A stretch of DNA of 63,268 bases, counting the filler, from Folioceros fuciformis (taxonomy: Eukaryota): the NCBI GenBank assembly GCA_049999805.1. It is 9 parts of 9 records of this genome, joined end to end, with 100 filler letters (N's around TTAATTAATTAA, not from the genome) between each part and the next. Parts side by side here need not be neighbours in the genome. Positions count along the whole stretch, not along the records: positions 47,226 to 51,674 come from JBNGIO010003989.1; positions 51,775 to 56,937 come from JBNGIO010003990.1; positions 57,038 to 61,271 come from JBNGIO010003991.1; 6 more parts are not named here. One strand, written 5' to 3'. This document shows, piece by piece, positions 47,226 through 57,125 of this stretch; position 1 is the stretch's first letter, and each line of letters begins with the position of its first letter. The notes under the pieces are model-generated. The model saw only the letters and a list, made by a program, of their open reading frames with translations, had not been told where the DNA came from and searched no databases. Position numbers and translations under genes: made by a program.

Positions 47226-48415
47226 TGACAGGTATGTTGCATCTCTTGATTATGTCATGTTGACAGATTGTGGAGAGCCTTCTTGTTATCAAGAGGCCAT
47301 GTCAGTGACTGACAAGGACAAGTGGGAAAAGGCAATGTAGTCGCAAATGGATTCGCTCCATAAAAACCAAACTTGGGAGTTGGTTCGGTTGCCTAGGGGT
47401 AAGAAGGCGTTGCCATGCAAATGGGTGTATAAGATGAAGGACATACCCCATTATGGCAAACCCAAGTACAAGGCAAGATTAGTTGCTAAGGGTTTTAAGC
47501 AATAGCAAGATATTGACTTTGATAAGATTTTCTCACCGATTGTCAAAATAACCACCTTGCGATGTGTTCTTGGTCTGGTTGCGAGGCTCAACATGGAACT
47601 TGTCCAGATGGATGTGAAGTCGACATTTTAGCATGGTGATCTCCAGGAAGAGGTATACATGCAGCAACTAGAGGGTTTCATTAAGAAGGGCAAAGAGAAT
47701 CTGGTGTGCAAGTTAAAGAAGAGCTTTTATGGTTTGAAGCAGGCACCAGGGAGTGGTATTTCAAGTTCCATTCATTTATGCTTTCTCAAGGCTACAAGCG
47801 TAGCGATGAGGATCATTGCCTCTATACGAAGCAAGCTAAGGATGGAAGCTTGCTCATTCTGGTTCTCTATGTGGATGATATGCTAATTGTTGGGACTAAC
47901 AGTGATGAGATTTCAGCGTTGAAGTCAAAGTTGAATGGTCGCTTTGACATGACAGACTTGGGAGAGGCAAGCCATATTCTTGGCATGCGTATTCGTCGAG
48001 ACAGACAGAAGCGTTTGTTGTACTTGTCTCAGACTGAATACATTAACAAGGTGCTTCAACGTTTCAATATGGAGAAGGGGAAGGTCTTAAGTACTCCGTT
48101 GCCTCCATATGTGAAACTTTCAAGCAAGGATTGCCCAAGTTCTGCGGAGGATAAAGCTGAAATGGAGAAGGTTCCATACTCATCAACTGTAGGGAATTTG
48201 ATGTATGCAATAATTGCTACACGTCCTGACATTGCCTTTGCAGTGGGAGTGGTTAGCAGGTTTATGTCAAACCCTGGCAGGAAGCATTGGGAGGCAGTGA
48301 AAGGAGTTATGAGGTACTTGAATGGTACGAAAGCTTTGTGCTTATGTTTTGGTAGTGAAGATGCATTTGTCGTGGGATATACGGATGCTGATTATGCAGG
48401 GGATATGGACAAAAG
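47226..48415 (+). mobile_element. Ty1/copia pol (RT) remnant with stops and a frameshift, interrupted by a second copia
   Basis: KWVYK, YKARLVAKG, QMDVK, LYVDDML, TRPDIAFAV and YTDADYAGDMDK. The match breaks off at 48415. Confidence 0.92.
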
Positions 48416-48622
48416 AGTTAGAAATGCTAATGCGGAAGAAGATGCACCGAAGATGATCTATTAGCAAGTGAATAGGTGGATACAAGGGTAGGCCTTAAAT
48501 AGCGGTAGCGAAGGGGTGTGTCCTTTAACTAGCCTGTCAATTAACTAACTACACTTATAACTAGGTCTAGTTTGACTAACCAACGTGATACAGAACCATG
48601 TGGTCTGCCTTATATTCTAACT
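48416..48622 (-). repeat. 207-bp 3' LTR of the minus-strand copia element
   Basis: Preceded on the minus strand by the polypurine tract GAGAGGGAG (48631-48623). Termini AGTTAGAA...TTCTAACT. Internal TATA-like CTATTTAAG. Confidence 0.75.
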
Positions 48623-51600
48623 CTCCCTCTCAGACACGTGCTGGTTGCTGTGAACTGAGAGCTCCTATGTACAAACGGAGATCACCGCCGTTGACGCCAA
48701 GCTTCAAACATCTTCAAATCGGCTGTCACCAAGAGTCGGTCGTCCTCACTCTTGCAGAGTCTGTAGTCTACAGAAACTCTCAAAGTAGAACACCACTCCA
48801 GAGACCAGAAGAGAAGCATGTTATCTGGTCTGAAACATCAACCCAAGTGACGGAATAAAGGTGTAGTGTAAGGTCCTACCATATGAGTGACTTATCTAGT
48901 TTCATGTAAGTACTACAATCCACCAACCCAAGCCCTTCTCGGTGGTAAGAGTGTTTAAACTTGGGCAAGGACTTGGTAAGTACATCTGCTGTGTTGTCGT
49001 CAGTAGGTATATACTGAACCTTGACGATACCTCGCTCAGCAGCATCCCTTATATAGTGATGTTGTATCTCTATATGTTTGGTGCGTGCATGAAAGACGGG
49101 GTTAGCAACCAAAGCAATCGCGGACATGTTATCACAATGCAAGATAGTTGGCCCTTCTTGCTTCATACCCAAGTCTTCGCAAAGCTTCCTTTCCCATTCA
49201 GCCTCCTTTGTAGCTTCGGTAAGAGCCTTATACTCTGATTCTGTTGAAGATAAAGAGATGGCTGCTTGTTTTCTACAAGACCAGTTAACTACGGAGGAGC
49301 TGGCTAGGAAACAAAAGGCTGATATGCTTTTGCGGGTATCAGCGTCTGAAGCCCAATCTGCATCTACATAGTAGGTGAGTTGGAGACGCTTCTTTCCGCT
49401 GGGTTTATAGCAAAGACCATAATTGGGGGTACCCTTGAGGTACCTCATGATACGCTTGAGGGCTACCCAGTGAACCTTTCCTGGGTTCTCAGAAAACTGA
49501 GCAACTGCATTTACAGTGTTGGAGATATCAGGCCTTGTTTGATTACTCAAGAAAATAAGAGTACCTACGGCCATACGATAAGGGATATTCTCCATCTCTT
49601 TCTTGTCTTCTTCAGACTGTGGACATGAAGCAGAAGAGAGCTTAACACCAAAGGCACCAGGTGTGGTAGACGCCCTTGCATTCTCCATGTTAAAACGTTT
49701 GAGCATACCGGCTACATATCTACCCTGGTGTAGGTAAATAGCGCCTGTGCTATCTCTATGTACATGCATGCCAAGGATATACTTGACCTTTCCTAGGTCC
49801 TTCATTTCGAATTCCCTGCTGAGGTCAGCCTTAATCTTGTTGACTAAGTCTACATTGTTCCCTGGAATGACCAGGTCATCAACATAGAGGGCGACTAGAA
49901 CAAGTGAGCTATCCTTGCGCAACACATAGATGTTAGTATCAGCTTCGCTTTGGACAAATCCTATTTTCTTAAGGTAAGAGTCCATCCTCTCATACCACAA
50001 GCGTGGGCTCTGCTTGAGTCCATAGATAGAGCGGTTGAGTTTACACACCNNNNNNNNNNNNNNNNNNNNNNNNNNNNNNNNNNNNNNNNNNNNNNNNNNN
50101 NNNNNNNNNNNNNNNNNNNNNNNNNNNNNNNNNNNNNNNNNNNNNNNNNGATAATCAACTCCCTCTTTCTGACTATACCCCTTAGCCACTAATCTCGCTT
50201 TGTAGCGGATTCTAGGCTCAACTTCCTGGAACTTTGTCTTAAGAACCCATTTGCATTTGACGGTCGATCTACCCTTGGGCAAGCTAACAAGAGACCAGGT
50301 ATTGTTTTTGATTAATGAGTTATACTCATCATCGACGGCCAGCTTCCATTTAGCTGCCTCAGGTCTTGAGTAAGCCTCCTGTAAGGTTAAAGGATCTCCC
50401 TCTGCAGCAGCGACACTTAAGGCATAGGGGAAATCCATAGAATCACCATAAGTTAGATGAGCTTGATTAAACTCAATGTCAAATGGTAGGTCCTTCCAAA
50501 GATGTCTAGGCTGACGCACACGAGTAGGATATCTACGCTCGGGAGCAGCTGGTGGCCTAGGAGGGGATGAAGGAGTGGCGGGTGCTGGAATAACTTCATG
50601 GGGCACCACGTGATCATAATGAACATGTTCAACATCACCTTGTTCCATAGGAAGGTCCTCCACTACAGCGTCGTGGTATATCTCCATGTCCCCCTCTCGA
50701 GCAGGAACGAATGGCGCAGGAGCAGGCTGCATGTACGGAACATGACCAGCAGCTGGCGGCAGTGGTCCTGCTAGAGGGATAGGAGCCACAGGAGGAGTAG
50801 GAGGAACACCATCAACGGGAAAGGAAAAGGGTTGAACATGGTGGTCAAGAGTGAGGTCACCAAGGGAGCGTGGAGTGCTGGAGCCAGAGGAAGCACCATC
50901 GGGGATGCCAGGAGCAATCTCCAAGGATGTCCGGAGGGCAAGCACTATCTTGGCTTCATCAAAGGTGACTGTGCGTGCATAGATTAGATTCCGAGTGGCC
51001 ATGTCCACGAGCTTGTAGGCTTTGCGATCATCACCATAGCCGACAAAAACTAGCTTCCGAGCACGAGCATCAAGCTTGTCACGGTGCTGTGAAGGGACAA
51101 AGGCATAGGCAGGGCAACCAAAAACACGAAGATGTGAGAGTAGAGGCTTGCTCCCGTGCCAGCACTCGTAGGGTGTACGGCCTGAAACCGCCTTAGTAAG
51201 GACCCTATTCTTAATGTATGCTGCCGTAGACACAGCCTCAGCCCAATAGGACTTGGGCAGCTGAGACTGAGTCAGCATGGCACGAGCCATGGACATCAAA
51301 TCGCCGTTAGCCTTCTCGGCCACGCCATTCTGCTTGGAGGTGTAAGGTACAGTGAACTGGCGCAAGACACCACGCTCCTCGCAGAAGGCACGAAACTGAG
51401 GGTTGTTGAGCTCTCCCGCATTGTCGGATCGAATACATCAAAGTTTACGACCAGTCTGTAACTCGGCCATAGCAACAAAGGGTGAGAACACATTAAAAGA
51501 GTCACTCTTAAGGCAGATGGGAAACGCAAACGTATATCGACTGAAGTCATCAACGACAGTCATAAAGTGGTTAGCCCCGCCTAAAGACGCAACAGGGAGA

Positions 51601-51674
51601 GGACCACTGAGGTCTACGTGGACCAAGTCAAGAGGCGCAGTGGTCCGACTAGCAGGAAGAGAAGGATAAGGAGA
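48416..51674 (-). mobile_element. Ty1/copia LTR retrotransposon (INT-RT-RH plus 3' LTR), 5' part lost in gap
   Basis: Integrase HVDLSGP...VDDFSR...IRSDNAGE...QNGVAE (frameshift near 51437), RT YKARLVAKG and LYVDD, RNase H DADWA...SSTESEY...HARTKHI. ORF 48876-51365. Confidence 0.95.
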
Positions 51675-51774
51675 NNNNNNNNNNNNNNNNNNNNNNNNNN
51701 NNNNNNNNNNNNNNNNNNTTAATTAATTAANNNNNNNNNNNNNNNNNNNNNNNNNNNNNNNNNNNNNNNNNNNN

Positions 51775-52758
51775 AACAACGGAGGGATGCTCATCGTCTA
51801 CCTCATCATCATCGCCGACGTGCTGTCGGGCTCCGCGGATCATGTGGGGCTATTCGAGCAGTGGGTCGGGGGGCCGGGCTGGTGGAACAACCGGCCCATT
51901 ATCATCTTCGCCGTGATGGTGCTGGTGCTGGCTCCGCTGGTGGCGCTGGAGCATATGAACTCGTTGAAGTACAGCTCGGCTCTCTCCATCGGGCTGGCCG
52001 TGCTGTTTCTGGTGCTCACGGCAGGTGTGGCGCTGGTGAAGCTGGCCATGGGGGAGGTGGAGGCGCCCAGGATGCTGCCCTTTCTGGGCTCCAGGGCTGC
52101 AATCTTCGACCTCTTCTCGGTCATTCCGATCATGACCAACGCCTACATCTGCCACTTCAACGTGCCTCCGATCTACCACGAGCTGCAGGACAGGAGTGTG
52201 GGGAAGATGAACCACGTGGGCCGGATCTCGCTCTTCTTCTGCACGATCGTGTACGCGATCACTGCCCTTTCGGGCTATCTGCTGTTCGGGGAGTCCACAG
52301 CTGCGGACATCCTTGCCAACTTCGACGAGGATCTCAACATCCCTTACAGCAGGCTCATCAACTATGCCATCAGGCTCGGCTATGCCGTGCACATCATGCT
52401 TGTCTTTCCTGTAGTCTTCTTCTCGTTGCGGCTTACCATGGATGCCGTCTGCTTCCCCAAGTCTCGCCCGCTCACGGAGAGCAGGGCCAGATTTGCCGCT
52501 GTGTCTGGCGTCCTTCTCTTCATCGTGTATATTGGCTCTACGCTCATCCCTAACATATGGATTGCCTTCAACTTCACTGGGGCCACCACAGGCATGTGCT
52601 TGGGCTTCATCTTCCCCGCCCTTTTGGTCATCCAGTCCAACTCCAGGGCGGAGTACGACAAAGACAAGGTGCAGACCTATGTGGCCTGGTTTCTGCTTCC
52701 ATTTGCGGTGTTTGTCAGCGTAACAGGGGTCACCACCCAGGTTCTCAGCTACATTTGA
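51775..52758 (+). CDS. Amino-acid transporter, AVT6-like (AAAP family), 5'-truncated by gap
   Basis: NNGGMLIVYLIIIADVLSG, SLKYSSALS, MTNAYICHFNV, GYLLFGESTAADILANFD and FTGAT...GFIFP motifs with multiple TM helices. Confidence 0.9.
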   Translation, partial: NNGGMLIVYLIIIADVLSGSADHVGLFEQWVGGPGWWNNRPIIIFAVMVLVLAPLVALEHMNSLKYSSALSIGLAVLFLVLTAGVALVKLAMGEVEAPRMLPFLGSRAAIFDLFSVIPIMTNAYICHFNVPPIYHELQDRSVGKMNHVGRISLFFCTIVYAITALSGYLLFGESTAADILANFDEDLNIPYSRLINYAIRLGYAVHIMLVFPVVFFSLRLTMDAVCFPKSRPLTESRARFAAVSGVLLFIVYIGSTLIPNIWIAFNFTGATTGMCLGFIFPALLVIQSNSRAEYDKDKVQTYVAWFLLPFAVFVSVTGVTTQVLSYI

Positions 52759-53460
52759 GAGTCGGTGCATCCACGGGGGCGACTCAACTGTTATGTATGT
52801 ACAGGCCTGGATTTCTTTCTTTGTGCAGGGAAGACGAAGAAGGCAATATGATGGCCTGACTCGTGTATGCGTACCGTTATGATTCTTTTCCTTGGTATCT
52901 CGCCAAGACCTTGAGAAACGCAGTGTCCTTCGGAGACTACTTTCGCCCGGGTGCTTCACTGATATATTTATTGCTTTCACCATGGGATTCTGATGTCTTT
53001 TGAAGGCGAACTCCGACGACAGCCTCTGTTCTCCAGATTGATTTGGCTCTGCGAACATTGCTTGCAAGCTATGTGAATAGCACATCACCTACAGAACACG
53101 AAATGCTGCTGACAAGTTTTTTTGTGTCTTGACTGTTGGAGCACTTGAAGTTGCTACAATTTGAGTTCATCGCTTTTCTCAACCGGTGCGGGGATTCAGT
53201 TAGGCATTATGTAGCCCTCTTTGTTTGGGAACGGTGAAACTCTATGTGACATCTTTATTTCTTACAATCCTTGTATCAATTATGGCAAGGATACTTTTCG
53301 CCTGTCAATATTGTTAGGTCGCTGCTTCGCACAAATTTTTGGCCGCACCACGTGATCGGTTCGACCCTTGGGCCATGGGTCGCTGCTGTGATTCCGTCTG
53401 TACTGCTCTTGTCGAACAATTCGTTATGTGACATCGATCGCAACGACAATCTCACCTAGT

Positions 53461-55560
53461 CTAATTAAACATAGACTTCTTCACGCTTCTGCCAAGCAAC
53501 ATTTCAAAAATTTGCTGAGGATTTTGTCTGACGGAAGTTTGAGGTACTGCCACGCTGGTGGGTGTCTCTCTCGATGCTTGTTGAGAGGTTGCTTGCACTG
53601 AGAGATAAGCAACCCGTTTGTTGGGTTGACCACTTTCGAGCTCACCTCCCTCTCGCTTACCTGTTGCCTGCGGGCGGGATGGCAAGCATGGTACTGTCTC
53701 CGTGGGCTGTCTGGCTGTCAAATTCGTGCCTGGATCCAACACCCCCTGCTCCTCCCTTTCGTGGAGGTTAACGGCTGTTGTGTTCACCGGGCTCTCCCTC
53801 TTTGGTGAAAGACCCACCGGGTCCAGCAACTCTAGACCCTTGTCATCATCCACCAGTGTGGGTGGGTGCTCATCTACCAACGTGGGTGGGTGCTCATCTA
53901 CCAANNNNNNNNNNGTGGGTGGGTGCTCATCTACCAACGTGGGTGGGTGCTCATCTACCAACGTGGGTGGGTGCTCATCTACCAACGTGGGTGGGTGCTC
54001 ATCTACCAACGTGGGTGGGTGCTCATCCACCACGGTAAGCGCTTGCTCTCTGATACATTCTCCATCTGCTTGCAACTTCTCAGCGCCTTCCAAGGCTTCT
54101 GGAGGCAAAGTTCCAGTCATAACAGCAGAGCCAAAAGGCGATCCACCTGAGTTAGAAAATAATATATGTATATCTCCGTACCAGTACCTGGAGAAGCGTC
54201 TTGCCAAAGCAACGGGTTAGCAAGGACGGAGGAGCTCACCGTCATCTTGCGCTTTCTGCAAGTCAATGATCTTTCCACTCTTATCATCGATGACCCATGG
54301 AAGACTGGGCCTGTCTGAATCCTCTGGTTGTGGTTTAACGGCGTCGTCTTCTGGTGTCGAAGGTAATACTCTTTCCACCAATTTGAAATGATTGTTTTGC
54401 CAGTGGCACTCCAAGACGGCTGGCACCTGTCCGAGCGGTCCCCGCCAAACCATTCGGTCACGGCATGTTGCTGCCAGCAAGTTGTAAAGGCAAACCACAT
54501 CATACATAATCTGCGTGCAGCCATGAGAGTCAGTTTTCACGAAGCTTCCTTTCTGGTTGCACCACTGAATCCAACACCCCGACAAAACAGCATGAGGTTC
54601 TTCACAACACGAAGAATGCTACTAGCTGAGCCTGACAACTCATGAGAAACCATGTGACAGGGTGACCGACATACCTGCACGAGCAACACCCGAAATCGTG
54701 CAAGTAACGCAAACACCGTGAGAGCAAATGGCATGAAGAAAGCGGATCCCAGAAGACCTGCAATACCCAGACTTGCCTTGAGGACGGGATCGGCCATCTG
54801 CACAGCGAAACTAAACACAGTCACCTACTAGTTGCCTACAGAACAATACCTTCAGCAAAAGCCTTAGAGGGAAAAAACCTGTTCCAATAGTCGAGCAGCT
54901 CCTTGTAGCTGCTGCAGTGTCTTTTTCATTTTGCCCTGCTGACTTAGCGTGAACTTCTGCCTAAAAAGCCACGGTTTCAAATCAGTTCCCAAACCGTGAG
55001 AAAAAAAACAGACAACATTTCTTTGCACTAATGGCCTTATTGCACTACATTGCAGCAAGGCAAGCTACCAAAATAATCAAAAGCAGCATTTCCCAGATCG
55101 TGTCCAAGCTGTACGCACTCTGAGCTCACTTCAAACCGAAGACCAGTAGCCCTCCCACATGTAGAGAAATACAGAGACGAGCCCTGAACGATCTGATTCA
55201 GCCCTAGGGCTTGGAGCAGGTTCAAATCCCTCCGCACCTACAAGCACAGCAACATCACAAGATAGCATCAGAAACACGGAACCGACCACAAGCACTAGGC
55301 ACCGAGACCAAGGAATTAATCAAACAAGCAACCTGCATAAGCTTGCGAAAATACAGACATCGTCGGTGCTGATTCTTGTTCTTGTACATGAGCTTCAGAA
55401 AAAGGGCATGCTCTGTCCACAGTTGCTGCAGCTGGTTCCGCAACCGCTGCTGCACTGCCAACGCCTCCTCCTCAATGGCACCCTGCCTCCCAGGGTCCTC
55501 CCCTAGAAGAAACACGGTCTCCGGAGGACGGGGACATATTGGGCGGCCTTTTTTTCCCAT
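53461..55560 (-). CDS. NEPRO/DUF4477-like protein (RNase MRP Rmp1-related N-terminus), multi-exon
   Basis: YKNKNQHRRCLYFRKLMQ|VRRDLNLL, LQGAARLL and FFMPFALTVFALLARFRVLLVQ. The last intron (GTGAGC...CTAACTCAG, ~54239-54147) joins to the 53461-54207 frame. Internal exon boundaries were not all resolved. Confidence 0.72.
53858..54032. repeat. Coding 24-bp VNTR (VDEHPPTL)n, at least 7 copies, with gap
   Basis: GTGGGTGGGTGCTCATCTACCAAC repeated in the last exon of the NEPRO-like gene. Confidence 0.92.
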
Positions 55561-56070
55561 CTCAATTTCCTAATCGGTAACAAGATGGCTCACCCCGCTT
55601 TTCACCAAGCCCTTTATATAGAGATACAGGTGTAGACATATTTAGATAGATAATAATATAATGTGTATTTACATAGATATGTCTATATCTATACATACAT
55701 ATATTCGTCCCTGAGGACCATCTGGAGCGTGGACGAGGTAGAGAGCGGGAGAGGGAGAGGGCGAGCACAGCGAGCGGCAGGTCAAGCCAGGGTTTAGGGA
55801 TAGGCGTTCCTTTCGTTGCTTTTGGGGCACCGGTGTACTTAGCTTTCAAGACCTTCTCGCCGGCTGCATTTTTAAGAAGCTGGCTTTTGTTCATCCCATC
55901 TTGTCCTCTTGTTTGCTCCTTTGGGTTCCGACGCGAGAGCTATTCTAGCATCTTTCTCCTTTCTTGCCAAGGTTGGGCTTCGGGAGTTGCAGGCGTCCCT
56001 CTTGGGAAAATATTATAATTGGTAAGTACCTCAATTTCTAACTTGAGTCCACCCAAGCTCAACTCCATCC

Positions 56071-56305
56071 GGAGCATGGCTTCTAGCTTGACCCAGTATT
56101 GGAAAAGGAGTTGGAGCATGGTTTATAGCTTGACCCAGCATTGGAAAAGGACTTGGAGCATGGCTTCTAGCTTGACCCGGTATTGGAAAAGGAGTTGGAG
56201 CATGGCTTCTAGCTTGACCCAGTATTGGAAAAGGAGTTGGAGCATGATTTATAGCTTGACCCAGCATTGGAAAAGGACTTGGAGCATGGTTTCTAGCTTG
56301 ACCCA
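56071..56305. repeat. 42-bp tandem repeat, about 5.5 copies in two variants
   Basis: GGAGCATGGCTTCTAGCTTGACCCAGTATTGGAAAAGGAGTT and a TTTAT...GCATT...GACTT variant, in the order A-B-A-A-B. Confidence 0.9.
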
Positions 56306-56545
56306 ACGGTTTAAGCACTTTGAGTTGCACCATCAACTTTCTCCACTATAATGCATTTTAGATTGGGCTTAATCCATCTTATGCCTTGCTCTCTTTCAAC
56401 CTACAGTTGTGGCCCCTCTTTTGATGACTCTAAGATATATTGGGCTCGTCATCCTATGGGCAAGTAGCTATCTAAGTCGTCATGTTCTCCATTTCTAGGG
56501 AAGATGGGTTTCTTCCATTTAGGTATTGCCCTATATTTTGTTTAA

Positions 56546-56833
56546 ATGGTTTCCCTTCAAGTTGATCTAAGTAAGGGGGGATCAGTTTTTGTTGCAAGCA
56601 TTGTTGTTATTGATCCAACTCAAGATCTCATATGCAAACATGTTATTCTAAACCCTCCAAGATGGGCAGCAAAAGGTTGCTTCATGGCCAAGATCCACAA
56701 ATACTCTTGTATGCAAGATGACCATGCATTCATCACCCTAGCCATAGCCATTGTAACTCATGGGGCTATGGGCAAGACCTATCACAAAGTTGGTAAAGGC
56801 ATGCACCAAGGCTTTGGCTTATCACAAAGTTGA
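56546..56833 (+). mobile_element. Possible decayed restriction-like endonuclease tail of a CRE/R2-type non-LTR retrotransposon
   Basis: VDL...IVVIDPT...AAK...AKIHKY...FITLAI...THGAMG resembles the RLE pattern D..V..P...A...K..KY...F.P.A.ET.G. Confidence 0.35.
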
Positions 56834-56862
56834 TGAAGACTTGCACCAAGGCCTATTCTTTT

Positions 56863-56903
56863 GTTCCAGTGGTAGTGGTGGGCTTCACCACTACCACTGG
56901 AAC
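56863..56903. repeat. Perfect 18-bp hairpin
   Basis: GTTCCAGTGGTAGTGGTG-GGCTT-CACCACTACCACTGGAAC. Confidence 0.9.
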
Positions 56904-57125
56904 CCTCCCTTGAGTGTAGGGTAGCAATTTGGCTCTTNNNNNNNNNNNNNNNNNNNNNNNNNNNNNNNNNNNNNNNNNNNNTTAATTAATTAANNNNNNN
57001 NNNNNNNNNNNNNNNNNNNNNNNNNNNNNNNNNNNNNCCAGTCGGACATGCTTCAATGCCCCTGCATGTCTGTTCGATTTAGTGGGCAGGAATGGCGACT
57101 GGGCTGACCAGTTTTCCTGTGGTGG

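Noticed and set aside
51850..53088. 412-aa antisense ORF and 230-aa alternative-frame ORF over AVT6
   Set aside because: Shadow ORFs expected from GC-rich codon usage. No recognisable motifs.
54147..54239. 6-nt microexon (GTACTG) in the NEPRO-like gene
   Set aside because: It would need a ~35-nt intron. A single ~93-nt intron keeps the frame and fits local intron sizes.
56071..56305. CRISPR-like appearance of the 42-, 41-, 65- and 24-bp arrays
   Set aside because: The units are contiguous with no unique spacers, there are no cas genes, and the context is eukaryotic.
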